Assembly: GCA_038061925.1 (NCBI GenBank)
Contig: JBBTYD010000005.1
Location: forward strand, 13,477-77,476
Length of the DNA stretch: 64,000 nt
Source of the DNA: Patescibacteria group bacterium
GTDB lineage: Bacteria > Patescibacteriota > Minisyncoccia > Phycocordibacterales > UBA9973
Reading direction: 5' to 3'
The number at the start of each line of letters is the position of its first letter. Positions within the stretch are counted from its first letter, which is position 1. The notes below the pieces were generated by a model, which did no database searches, was not told where the DNA came from, and saw only the letters and a program-made list of their open reading frames with translations. Positions 9,570 through 18,404 of the stretch are shown here, piece after piece. The translations under genes and the position numbers were made by a program.

Positions 9570-11267
9570 ATGGCGACTTTTGACGAAGAAAAACAAAATA
9601 AACAACTGGATGACTTGCATAAACAGGAAGAAGAACAACTGGTGGCAAGTTTGGCGGAATCAAAGTATGGTCTTCCTTATATTAACCTGTATCGTCTAGA
9701 CATAGACAACGAAGCGCTCAGGGCGATATCGCATAAAGAGGCGATGGAAATGAAAGTCGCGCCTTTTAAACTTTTTGGGAAAAATATTTTCATCGCGGTG
9801 CGTTTGCCAACGGACGATCTTTTTAAAACGCTAAAAGACGCAATGGGAAGAAAAAACTTAATTCCGGTCTTTTATATGGCTTCGATCGCAAGCCTAAATA
9901 AAGTCTGGGACAGATACAAGGAAATTTCAATGGCGGAAAGCTCAAAAATCGGGGGATTGGATATTTCTCCTGAGGTTTTGAGAGAAACGGCAAAAAATAT
10001 TGAGCATATGCAAGATATTGAGGGACTGGTGATAGAAGCGCTAGAAGGAAACAAAATTCATAAAATTTCTCGTCTGCTTGAAATAATACTGGCTGGAGCA
10101 ATTGCGATCAAGGCTTCGGATATACACATTGAACCAGAAAAGGACCGAGGACGATTGCGACTGCGTCTCGATGGAGTGCTCCAAGATATAAATTTTTTTG
10201 GACTGGATGTGTATCGGCTGCTTAATCCACGCATTAAACTCCTCTCTGGTATGAAGTTAAATTCAAAAATCGCGCAAGACGGACGTTTTAGCATTATGGA
10301 AGAGAAAGAAGAAATAAACATTCGCACCTCGCTGATCCCGGGCGCCTATGGTGAATCAATAGTCATGCGTATTTTGGACCCAAAATCAATCCAAGTAAAA
10401 CTGGAAGAGTTGGGAATAGAACCTTATCTCTTTTCTATAATCGAAAAAGAAATCGCAAAACCAAACGGACTTATTTTAGTCACCGGTCCGACTGGTTCCG
10501 GAAAAACAACCACTCTTTACGCATTTTTACAAAAAATTTATTCTCCAGAAATAAAAATAATAACTATTGAGGACCCGATAGAATATCATTTGACGGGCGT
10601 AACTCAAACCCAAACAAATGATGAAAAAGGTTACACCTTTGCGGAAGGATTGCGTTCAGCCTTGCGCCAAGACCCAGATGTGATAATGGTTGGTGAAATA
10701 CGAGATAAAGAAACAGCGGAAATTGCCGTGCAATCAGCTCTTACTGGGCATATAGTCTTCTCCACCCTTCATACCAACAATGCCGCCGGAGTTATCCCCC
10801 GCCTAATTGATCTTGAGGTAAATCCAAAGATTTTGGTTTCGGCCTTGTCTCTTTCTATTGCTCAACGTTTAGTTCGCAAACTCTGCAAGTCTTGCAAGAA
10901 AGAAAATGATCCAACTGAAAAAGAATCTCAAACTATAAAATTAGTCTTGGACAGCCTAAAGGAAGAAGGCAAAGATTTTTCAAGATATAATTTAAAAGCT
11001 GATCAATCTTTTAAAATTTTCTCTCCGGTCGGCTGCGAAAAATGCAATAAAATTGGCTATACTGGACGAATAGGCATTTTTGAAGCAATTAAAACCGATG
11101 AAGCCATAGAGAAAATAATGCCAGAAAATCCAAGCGAACATGAAATCAAAAAAGTGGCGCACAGTCAGGGAATACTTTCTATGCGCCAAGACGGTATTGT
11201 AAAAATTTTAAACGGCATTACCTCACTCGCCGAAGTGCAAAACGTGGTGGACTTAAGTGAGGAATAG
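9570..11267 (+). CDS. pilB: Type II secretion / type IV pilus assembly ATPase (GspE/PilB family)
   Basis: A GspE N-terminal domain is followed by Walker A GPTGSGKTT, the Asp/His boxes and a C-terminal CxxC...CxxC zinc knuckle (CKSCKK...CEKCN). Confidence 0.85.
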   Translation: MATFDEEKQNKQLDDLHKQEEEQLVASLAESKYGLPYINLYRLDIDNEALRAISHKEAMEMKVAPFKLFGKNIFIAVRLPTDDLFKTLKDAMGRKNLIPVFYMASIASLNKVWDRYKEISMAESSKIGGLDISPEVLRETAKNIEHMQDIEGLVIEALEGNKIHKISRLLEIILAGAIAIKASDIHIEPEKDRGRLRLRLDGVLQDINFFGLDVYRLLNPRIKLLSGMKLNSKIAQDGRFSIMEEKEEINIRTSLIPGAYGESIVMRILDPKSIQVKLEELGIEPYLFSIIEKEIAKPNGLILVTGPTGSGKTTTLYAFLQKIYSPEIKIITIEDPIEYHLTGVTQTQTNDEKGYTFAEGLRSALRQDPDVIMVGEIRDKETAEIAVQSALTGHIVFSTLHTNNAAGVIPRLIDLEVNPKILVSALSLSIAQRLVRKLCKSCKKENDPTEKESQTIKLVLDSLKEEGKDFSRYNLKADQSFKIFSPVGCEKCNKIGYTGRIGIFEAIKTDEAIEKIMPENPSEHEIKKVAHSQGILSMRQDGIVKILNGITSLAEVQNVVDLSEE

Positions 11268-11364
11268 AAGAAGTAAGTTTAAATGAAATTGCCCAATTTA
11301 ATTAATTTAGTATTAGTGTACGACCGTTTCTTATTGCTAAAAACAAAATTTCGCAATTTTTGTT

Positions 11365-12165
11365 TTATTTCATCTCTCCACTGAACATACAGACCGCCCC
11401 TCCACGCAGAATAATTTGTCCTTCGCGATTTTCGGAAAGATAAAGATTTCCACCCGGAAATTCTAATGTTATTTCATCTGGCGTTAGGCAAGGCCTAACG
11501 CCATCTTTTATAACTATTGCATACACTGCGCAAGCGCCAGTACCACAAGCGAGAGTGGCCCCGCAACCACGTTCCCAAACTTTCACCTTGAAACGATTAT
11601 CGGCGACTTTTTCCACCAACTCCATATTTATTTTATTTGGGAAATGAGAATCATTTTCAATTTTTGAGCCAATTGGGGAGATGTCAATTGTAGATATATT
11701 TTTTACAAATCCGACAGCGTGCGGATTTCCCATTGAGACAAATTTAAATGTGATATCTTCAAAGACAAGAGATTTTCCGGGAAAATCAACATGAGAAAAC
11801 ACCGGGATTCCCATATTCACAGAAAGACTTCCATCTTTATTTATTATTACCTTCTTTATTCCGGCTCTCGTGTCAATCGATAATTCTTTTAAGTTGGATT
11901 TTGTATGTTCTATAAAAAATAGAGCCACGCATCTAATTCCATTTCCACACATTTCCGCCAAAGTCCCATCAGCATTGTAATAATTCATAAAACAATCTGC
12001 CTTATTGGAAGATTCAACCAGGATGAGACCATCTGCGCCAATGCCAAAATGGCGATCGCATAAAAGTCTAATGTTTTCTGCATCTTTTATATCAAAATTC
12101 TTATCACGATTATCGATCATAATAAAATCATTTCCCGTACCGTGATATTTGTAAAATTTAAGCAT
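11365..12165 (-). CDS. dapF: Diaminopimelate epimerase
   Basis: The N-terminus YHGTGNDFIMID and the catalytic Cys motifs CGNGIRC and CGTGACA are present. Confidence 0.85.
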   Translation of the reverse strand: MLKFYKYHGTGNDFIMIDNRDKNFDIKDAENIRLLCDRHFGIGADGLILVESSNKADCFMNYYNADGTLAEMCGNGIRCVALFFIEHTKSNLKELSIDTRAGIKKVIINKDGSLSVNMGIPVFSHVDFPGKSLVFEDITFKFVSMGNPHAVGFVKNISTIDISPIGSKIENDSHFPNKINMELVEKVADNRFKVKVWERGCGATLACGTGACAVYAIVIKDGVRPCLTPDEITLEFPGGNLYLSENREGQIILRGGAVCMFSGEMK

Positions 12166-12838
12166 ATCTGCTATTTTTCTTTATTAATGAAAGAAATTTC
12201 ATTGTATCAATATTTTTACCTAAAGATTTGCGAGGAATCACGATATCCGCATATTTGGCATATAAGCGACTGCGTTTAGTAAGCAACTTTTGATAACATC
12301 TTCGCAAGCTTTGTTTATGAGTCTCTCCATTTTTAGGTCTAAAAATATTTCCAAACACCACAGGTTTTGGATCTTTAATGTAACTTCTAAACATATCTTC
12401 CCTCAGATAATCAGTGGCTTCAAGATAAATCACTAAAGTATGTTTCTTCAACAAAGAACAAATACTACTACCTAAATGCACCACACTGCCGGTGGTGTCA
12501 ATAACAATATTGTTTTTTCTAATATTTTTTAGCTTGGCAAGAATATTTTTTATTATCTCCGCTTCAAGCTCTAAAAATTTTTGTTGATTTTCAGAAAATC
12601 TTTTATTATAAGGTTGACCCATCCAACGTGAGACATCTTTGATGCCAGAATATCCGCGCGCCCGAAGAAGAGGCGCAAGTTTAGTTTCAATCAAATCATC
12701 ACAATTAAAATGCTGAAAATTTAATTCAGCCAGTTTTTTTGACCAATAGGTTTTCCCAATATTAGACATGCCAATCAAACTTAAAACTAATTTATTTTGT
12801 TGCAACAGATGTTTAAACTGTTTTTGGGATATTTTCAT
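12158..12838 (-). CDS. P-loop kinase with a shikimate-kinase-like fold, specific function unknown
   Basis: Walker A GMSNIGKT followed by FNCDDLIE (the F.D.D..IE motif of the shikimate/gluconate kinase fold). Overlaps dapL (4 nt) and dapF (8 nt), so it is translationally coupled inside the DAP operon. Confidence 0.5.
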   Translation of the reverse strand: MKISQKQFKHLLQQNKLVLSLIGMSNIGKTYWSKKLAELNFQHFNCDDLIETKLAPLLRARGYSGIKDVSRWMGQPYNKRFSENQQKFLELEAEIIKNILAKLKNIRKNNIVIDTTGSVVHLGSSICSLLKKHTLVIYLEATDYLREDMFRSYIKDPKPVVFGNIFRPKNGETHKQSLRRCYQKLLTKRSRLYAKYADIVIPRKSLGKNIDTMKFLSLIKKNSRYA

Positions 12839-14058
12839 AATTTTAAATTCTTTTCAATGCTTTCCAGCGCTTTAATTGTTTCTTGTTTATCTCCAAAGGC
12901 GCTTAAGCGAACATAGCCTTCTCCTTCCGACCCAAACCCAGAACCCGGAATTACGACAACCTGTGTTTCTTCCAAGAGTTTATCGAAAAATTCCCAAGAA
13001 CTTAAATTAGCGGGATTTTTTAACCAAATATATGGAGCCTGTTCTCCGCCAAAAACTTTAAAACCGAATTTAGAAAGACTTTTTTTTATTATGATCGCAT
13101 TGTTCATATAGTAAGCGATTAATTTCTGGCTTTCTTTTTGGCCAGCGGTCGAGAGAGCCGCTAAAGCGCCTTCTTCAGAGATATTAGATGCTCCATTAAA
13201 CATCGTGCTCTGGCGTCTATTCCAAAGACTGTTAACCTTACCCCTTTTTGTTTCTTCAACAATTAAATCCATCGGCACGACAGTCCAACCAAGACGGACG
13301 CCGGTAAACCCCGCCCATTTCGAAAAACTATTAATTTCGATAGCGCATTTTTTAGCCCCCTCTATCTCATAAATGCTCTTGGGCAAAGATTCATCAGAGA
13401 TATACTCAGCATAGGCAGCATCAAAGATAATAACCGCTTTGTTTTTTAAGGCATAATCAATAAAAAGTTTCAGCTGTTTTTTTGTGGCGACAGACCCCGT
13501 GGGATTATTTGGATTGCAAAGATAAATTATATCCACTTTTTGTTTGGGCGGAGTTGGCACAAAACCGTTTTTCTCATTGCCCTCCAGATAGACCAAACCT
13601 CCATATTTTCCATTCTTATATTCCCCCGTTCTTCCAGCCAGGACATTGCTGTCCAAATATACTGTATAAACAGGATCCGAAATTGCCACAATATTATTTA
13701 ATCCAAAAATTGATTGGATATTTGCCAAATCTGATTTCGCTCCATCGTTGATAAAAATTTCTGGCAGTTCTAAATCAATATTTCTTTTTTTGTAAAAATC
13801 AATCAAAGCAGACCGAAGTCTCTGGTCGCCCTGCGCGTCTTCATAACCTTTGTATGTTTCAACCTTGGCAAGTTTTTTCACTCCCTCTTTTAATCCTTTG
13901 ATAACAGTCGGGGTTAAGGGTCTGGTCGTATCCCCGATGCCGAGTCGCATAATTTCCACATCTGGATTCTTTTCTCTAAAATTATTCACGCGTTTGGCAA
14001 TCTCTTTAAACAAATACTCCCCCGACAGTTTATCGTAATTTTTATTAATGGTAGCCAT
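12835..14058 (-). CDS. dapL: LL-diaminopimelate aminotransferase (PLP-dependent, DapL type)
   Basis: The N-terminus MATINKNYDKLSGEYLFKEIAKRVNNFREKNPDVEIMRLGIGDTTRPL is typical of DapL. The aminotransferase class I fold and PLP-lysine region (SFSKWAGFTGVRLGW) are present. Confidence 0.8.
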   Translation of the reverse strand: MATINKNYDKLSGEYLFKEIAKRVNNFREKNPDVEIMRLGIGDTTRPLTPTVIKGLKEGVKKLAKVETYKGYEDAQGDQRLRSALIDFYKKRNIDLELPEIFINDGAKSDLANIQSIFGLNNIVAISDPVYTVYLDSNVLAGRTGEYKNGKYGGLVYLEGNEKNGFVPTPPKQKVDIIYLCNPNNPTGSVATKKQLKLFIDYALKNKAVIIFDAAYAEYISDESLPKSIYEIEGAKKCAIEINSFSKWAGFTGVRLGWTVVPMDLIVEETKRGKVNSLWNRRQSTMFNGASNISEEGALAALSTAGQKESQKLIAYYMNNAIIIKKSLSKFGFKVFGGEQAPYIWLKNPANLSSWEFFDKLLEETQVVVIPGSGFGSEGEGYVRLSAFGDKQETIKALESIEKNLKL

Positions 14059-14075
14059 TTCTGATTATATTTAAT

Positions 14076-14978
14076 TCAAATCAACTTTAATTCTTGCAAG
14101 GTCTTTTCCACCAGAGCTCTATTTTTTTCTTCAATAAAAGTGAGTGGAAGTCTGAGACTCTCTTCAATAAATCCCATCATCGACATAGCTGTTTTGACGG
14201 GAATCGGGTTAGATTCAATAAAATTAACATTCATCAGTTTGAGCATCAGATAGTGCAATCTTCGGGCTTCCTTTAAATTGTCTTCGAGCGCAAAATGAAT
14301 CATATCAGAAAATAATTTCGGGACTTCATTGCAAACAACAGAAATACAGCCCTTCCCGCCAAGGGCGATAAGGGGCAAAGCCAGGGCATCATCACCAGCT
14401 AACACGCTAAAATCTTTTGGACCGTTTCTGGCCACTTCATCTATAATTTCCATCATTTGATTCAAAGAACCGGAAGCTTCTTTGACAGCCACGACGGCCG
14501 GCACTTCTCTCCCAATTCGCGCAATAACTTGGGGTAAAACATTAGATCCAGTTCGGCCTGGAACATTGTAAATGATGATGGGCATATTTACCGCTTTGGC
14601 AATTTCTTTAAAATGCAGAACCAAACCATTTGGAGTCGGTTTATTATAATAAGGAGTCACCTGAAGCAAGGCATCAGCTCCAGCCGATTTAGCCAGACGT
14701 GAAAAATGAATCGCTTTTTTAGTATCATTTGAACCTGCTCCGGCGATTACTGGAATTTTACCGGAAACTTTTTTTACCACTGTTTTTATGATAGTAACGT
14801 ATTCCTCATCGTTTAAGGTGGCCGCTTCCCCCGTCGAACCAGCCACAACGATCGCATCCACTCCCCCTTCCAGCTGATACAAGACTAGTTTCTCCAGCGC
14901 TGGTAAATCTAAATCTCCATTTTTTTTAAAGGGTGTGATAATGGCTGGGATAGAACCGAAAAATTTTATGTTTTTCAT
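14076..14978 (-). CDS. dapA: 4-hydroxy-tetrahydrodipicolinate synthase
   Basis: GSIPAIITPF...GVDAIVVAGSTGE and the catalytic Lys region, matching the DapA/NAL family. Confidence 0.85.
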   Translation of the reverse strand: MKNIKFFGSIPAIITPFKKNGDLDLPALEKLVLYQLEGGVDAIVVAGSTGEAATLNDEEYVTIIKTVVKKVSGKIPVIAGAGSNDTKKAIHFSRLAKSAGADALLQVTPYYNKPTPNGLVLHFKEIAKAVNMPIIIYNVPGRTGSNVLPQVIARIGREVPAVVAVKEASGSLNQMMEIIDEVARNGPKDFSVLAGDDALALPLIALGGKGCISVVCNEVPKLFSDMIHFALEDNLKEARRLHYLMLKLMNVNFIESNPIPVKTAMSMMGFIEESLRLPLTFIEEKNRALVEKTLQELKLI

Positions 14979-15010
14979 TTTGTTTGATCTGGTAAAATCA
15001 ACTTGTTATC

Positions 15011-15748
15011 TTAATTAAAGATATCTTCAAAAGAATAAAACCCTTTTTTATTTTTAATAAAATTGGCCGCTAGAAGAGCCCCTTTAGCAAACCCGACCCT
15101 ATTATACGCTTGATGAGACAAAGTTATACCATCGGCATTGCTGTCAAACACAACTTCGTGCAAACCGGGGTTTCTCCCGGCTCGAAGCGAAGCAAAATGC
15201 AGTTCGCTAGGTTTAATTTGACCATCTGATTTTTCAGTTAAAATTGATTTTTTGGAAGGAAAATTTTTAATAATTTCACTCGCAATTTTCAAAGCGGTGC
15301 CGGAAGGACTGTCTAATTTTCTCTTATGATGGACTTCCAATCCATATACGTCGTAATCAGAAAATTTGGAAAAAAGCTTAGAAGAAAAAGCTGTTATTTT
15401 AAAAAATATGTTCGCTCCAATTGAAAAATTGGGACTATAGATTAGACCGATTTTATATTTAGCAACTAACGCTTTCACTTTATCGAATTCATCATACCAT
15501 CCAGTCGTGCCAATAATTAAATTTTTACGAAGTTTCGCAACCTCTTTTATATTTTCTAACACAGCGTCTTTGGACGTAAAATCTATCGCCACATCCGCTT
15601 TTCTAATACCTTTTAAATCCAGTTTATCATCTTTATTTTTAAAACTGATTGAAACCACTTCAAAAACTTCCGACCCGCGACAGAGCGCGTTAATTTCTTG
15701 ACCCATCTTGCCAAAACCAAGCAAGGCGATTTTTATTTTATTTTTCAT
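15011..15748 (-). CDS. dapB: 4-hydroxy-tetrahydrodipicolinate reductase
   Basis: Rossmann motif IALLGFGKMGQ and DapB signature EVHHKRKLDSPSGTA. Confidence 0.85.
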   Translation of the reverse strand: MKNKIKIALLGFGKMGQEINALCRGSEVFEVVSISFKNKDDKLDLKGIRKADVAIDFTSKDAVLENIKEVAKLRKNLIIGTTGWYDEFDKVKALVAKYKIGLIYSPNFSIGANIFFKITAFSSKLFSKFSDYDVYGLEVHHKRKLDSPSGTALKIASEIIKNFPSKKSILTEKSDGQIKPSELHFASLRAGRNPGLHEVVFDSNADGITLSHQAYNRVGFAKGALLAANFIKNKKGFYSFEDIFN

Positions 15749-16124
15749 ATGATTTTCAAAATCACGCTAGGCGCAATAATTTTATTATATATTTAGAGAA
15801 TAGCAAAAATAAATAAAAAAAGCACTAATCTCTAAACAATCCTTTTGAAGCTGGGCTCCAAGAGTAACAAATTATTAGAGGATAGACCCAGCAAAAATAA
15901 ATCTTTGCCAGAACGTCCTATACAAATTCGTATAACCGATGGCTGATTGCTTAGAGATTAATGCCTTCTTCGTCCGCCAAAGCCTTGGCGAAAGCAAACT
16001 TGTTAAAAACCTCTGAAACTATTTTACTATAAAGAAAACCAATCAAATGCTATAATGTGTATAGCTATGTTGATACTGTGTTAATAAACTCGCTACCTGA
16101 GCAGTATAGCATATTGTTAAACCA

Positions 16125-17192
16125 ATGTCAATCACTAAAACGAAAAACTCTCGCCTCGGCGGAGCCGGCAAAACTGAAGATGTTGTTTTAGACCAGACTC
16201 TGCGCCCTACTCGCTGGGATGAATATATTGGCCAAAAACACATAAAAGACAACGTTAAAATCTTGCTTCGAGCCGCCGAAGAACGCGGACATATTCCCGA
16301 ACATATTCTCTTTTATGGACCTCCGGGGTTAGGTAAAACCACCCTCGCGCACCTTATCGCCAAGGAAACTGGCAGACAAATGAAAATAACTTCTGGACCA
16401 GCCATTGAAAAAGTGGGCGACTTGGCCTCAATTCTCACCAATCTGGCGCCTGGCGACATTCTTTTTATAGATGAAATCCACAGATTGAACAAGATGGTGG
16501 AAGAAATACTCTATCCGGCTATGGAGTCTGGCGTTTTGGACATCATAATCGGCAAAGGTCCATCGGCGCGCACTATTCAGCTCGACCTTCCGCCTTTCAC
16601 ACTCATCGCGGCCACCACTCGGGTCGCCTTAATTTCTTCGCCCCTCCGCTCGCGATTTTCAGGCGGAGTCTTTAGATTGGAATTTTATTCAAATGAAGAA
16701 ATTGAAAAAATAATCGAAAGATCAAGCAAGCTTCTTGATATTACGCTTGAAGAAAGCGCTTTAAGAGAAATTGCAAAAAGAAGTCGATTCACCCCTCGCA
16801 CCGCAAATTATTTTTTAAAACGCTGTCGGGATTTTGCCCAAGTCAATAAAAAAAGTGAGCAAAAAAACAAAGAAGCCGACCAGCAAAAAAACTTAGATCA
16901 AAAAATAGTCAAAGAGGCGCTGAATATGCTCGCCGTTGATGATATCGGACTTAATCCTTCCGATCGAAAATTTTTAGAAATATTAATTGAAAAATTTAAT
17001 GGCCGGCCGGTGGGACTAAAAACCATCGGAGCGGCGATGTCGGAAGAGGAAGCAACAATAGAGGAAGTAATAGAGCCCTACTTGATTCAGCTCGGCTTGC
17101 TTGAACGGACCGCCCGCGGGCGAGTCGCCACTCGGAAAGCGTACGAACATTTGGGGTTTGATTTTAAAGAAAAGCAAGACAAGCTTTTATAA
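16125..17192 (+). CDS. ruvB: Holliday junction branch migration helicase RuvB
   Basis: Walker A GPPGLGKTT, Walker B LFIDEIHRL, sensor region and the C-terminal winged helix RTPRTANYFLKRCRDFA. Carries a K/Q-rich low-complexity insertion (KKSEQKNKEADQQKNLDQK). Confidence 0.9.
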   Translation: MSITKTKNSRLGGAGKTEDVVLDQTLRPTRWDEYIGQKHIKDNVKILLRAAEERGHIPEHILFYGPPGLGKTTLAHLIAKETGRQMKITSGPAIEKVGDLASILTNLAPGDILFIDEIHRLNKMVEEILYPAMESGVLDIIIGKGPSARTIQLDLPPFTLIAATTRVALISSPLRSRFSGGVFRLEFYSNEEIEKIIERSSKLLDITLEESALREIAKRSRFTPRTANYFLKRCRDFAQVNKKSEQKNKEADQQKNLDQKIVKEALNMLAVDDIGLNPSDRKFLEILIEKFNGRPVGLKTIGAAMSEEEATIEEVIEPYLIQLGLLERTARGRVATRKAYEHLGFDFKEKQDKLL

Positions 17193-17204
17193 TAAATTTC
17201 ATAA

Positions 17205-17226
17205 GATTTCCGCATATGCGGAAATC
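17205..17226 (+). terminator. Perfect 22-nt palindrome downstream of ruvB, candidate intrinsic terminator
   Basis: gatttccgcatatgcggaaatc lies 13 nt after the ruvB stop and is followed by a T-rich stretch (tagatttttaattttt). Confidence 0.45.
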
Positions 17227-17582
17227 TTAGGTAGATTTTTAATTTTTAGGTAAAAAGGAAATGAAAAAGCCGTTGGTGCTCTTTCTTTTGGAAAGTCCTA
17301 ACGGGCTTTAGATTATTAGCCGGGGCGGTTTCTGTGACCGCCCCGACGTTCTTTACTGTTTGGGACTGTCCTGACGTTGGCCGTTGGCGAATCAATGGTT
17401 GGAGTTGTTTATGGTATTCATAGGCGGAAAACACAGCTCTCTGCATCTAGATTCAACACAGGTTGATATCACGTCAAAGAGCTATACTACTTTCAATAAT
17501 AATGATATATGTATATATGTATATATGTCAATTCTGCCTGTGGATAACCAAAATCATTTTAAAAATGATAAAATCATCTATT

Positions 17583-18104
17583 ATGAGAATTTTAGGAATT
17601 GACCCTGGATTTGAAAGATTGGGCATTGCTGTATTAGAAAAAGCGGACAAGACCATTTTCGTTTCCTCCTTCGCTCAAGGCTCCGGCGCGCCAAAGAAAG
17701 AACAGGTGATTTTTTCTGAATGTTTCAAGACTTCGGCCAAGTTGGAATTTTCGGAACGGTTGAATTTAATCGGTCGAGAGGTGAGAAAAATAATAAAAGA
17801 ATACAAACCGGAAGTCTTGGCGATTGAAACTTTGTTTTTAAATACCAACCAGAAAACGGTAATGCGCGTCGCGGAAGCGCGGGGAGTGGTAACTTATGAA
17901 GCATCCCTGGCCGGACTTCGGATCTTTGAAGCTTCGCCACCCCAAATAAAAATAGCCACGACTGGCGATGGCCGAGCGAATAAAACACAAATGATGAAAA
18001 TGGTTAAAATACTGGTCAAAATGGACAAAACTAAAACGTCCGATGATGAGATGGACGCTATTGCGATAGCTTTAACCGCTTTCGCGCATTTGAAATTATC
18101 CTAA
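17583..18104 (+). CDS. ruvC: Crossover junction endodeoxyribonuclease RuvC
   Basis: MRILGIDPGFERLGIAVLE (catalytic Asp), ...AIETLF... (Glu) and the C-terminal DEMDAIAIAL (Asp/His). The ORF-track start at 17463 adds 40 residues without homology. Confidence 0.8.
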   Translation: MRILGIDPGFERLGIAVLEKADKTIFVSSFAQGSGAPKKEQVIFSECFKTSAKLEFSERLNLIGREVRKIIKEYKPEVLAIETLFLNTNQKTVMRVAEARGVVTYEASLAGLRIFEASPPQIKIATTGDGRANKTQMMKMVKILVKMDKTKTSDDEMDAIAIALTAFAHLKLS

Positions 18105-18229
18105 GTGAGTAAGTTATCCACATATTCTATTGCCAAGCTTTTTAGATTTTGGTACAAAGTAGGAAATCCAGCTAAAGACTAGTCCGCCCAGAGCGGAAAA
18201 TAAAAATTATCAATTAATTACTAAAAAAT

Positions 18230-18370
18230 ATGAGTCACGACGAAGATGAAGAAACAGAAAGCGGTTTTAAAGTGGGCGTTGATAATGATGAACTGGAAGA
18301 ACCGTTAGATGCGCCGGAAGAAATTTCTGATTTTGGATTAGATGAAGAAGATCCGGATAAAGACAGATAA
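18230..18370 (+). CDS. Small highly acidic hypothetical protein (46 aa)
   Basis: ATG...TAA ORF encoding MSHDEDEETESGFKVGVDNDELEEPLDAPEEISDFGLDEEDPDKDR. It ends exactly at a strong bidirectional terminator. Too short to appear in the ORF track. Confidence 0.25.
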   Translation: MSHDEDEETESGFKVGVDNDELEEPLDAPEEISDFGLDEEDPDKDR

Positions 18371-18404
18371 AAAACGCTCCCTGGGGGCGTTTTTTATCTG
18401 TCTA
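18361..18404. terminator. Bidirectional intrinsic terminator (long perfect inverted repeat)
   Basis: agacagataaaaaacgctccctgggggcgttttttatctgtct has a GC stem (CGCUCC/GGGGCG) flanked by an A-run and a U-run. It sits between the convergent small ORF (+) and tyrS (-). Confidence 0.6.

Noticed and set aside
9516-9638. 41-codon hydrophobic N-terminal extension of polA
   Set aside because: Pol I is cytoplasmic. The conserved 5'-3' exonuclease N-terminus begins at M(9515). The extension is F/I-rich and typical of AT-rich read-through.
17246-17470. Whether the GC-rich ruvB-ruvC spacer is RNase P RNA, SRP RNA or tmRNA
   Set aside because: GGAAAGUCC is present, but the following P4 strand is interrupted. 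No ACAGAA.CCGGCUUA 3' strand, no SRP domain-IV GGAAGCAGCC and no tmRNA tRNA-like ends were found on either strand. It is kept only as a generic candidate ncRNA.
17463-17582. 40-codon N-terminal extension of ruvC in the ORF track
   Set aside because: The extension is I/Y/M-rich and low complexity, and covers the ATATATGT microsatellite. The conserved RuvC N-terminus MRILGIDPG starts at 17583.
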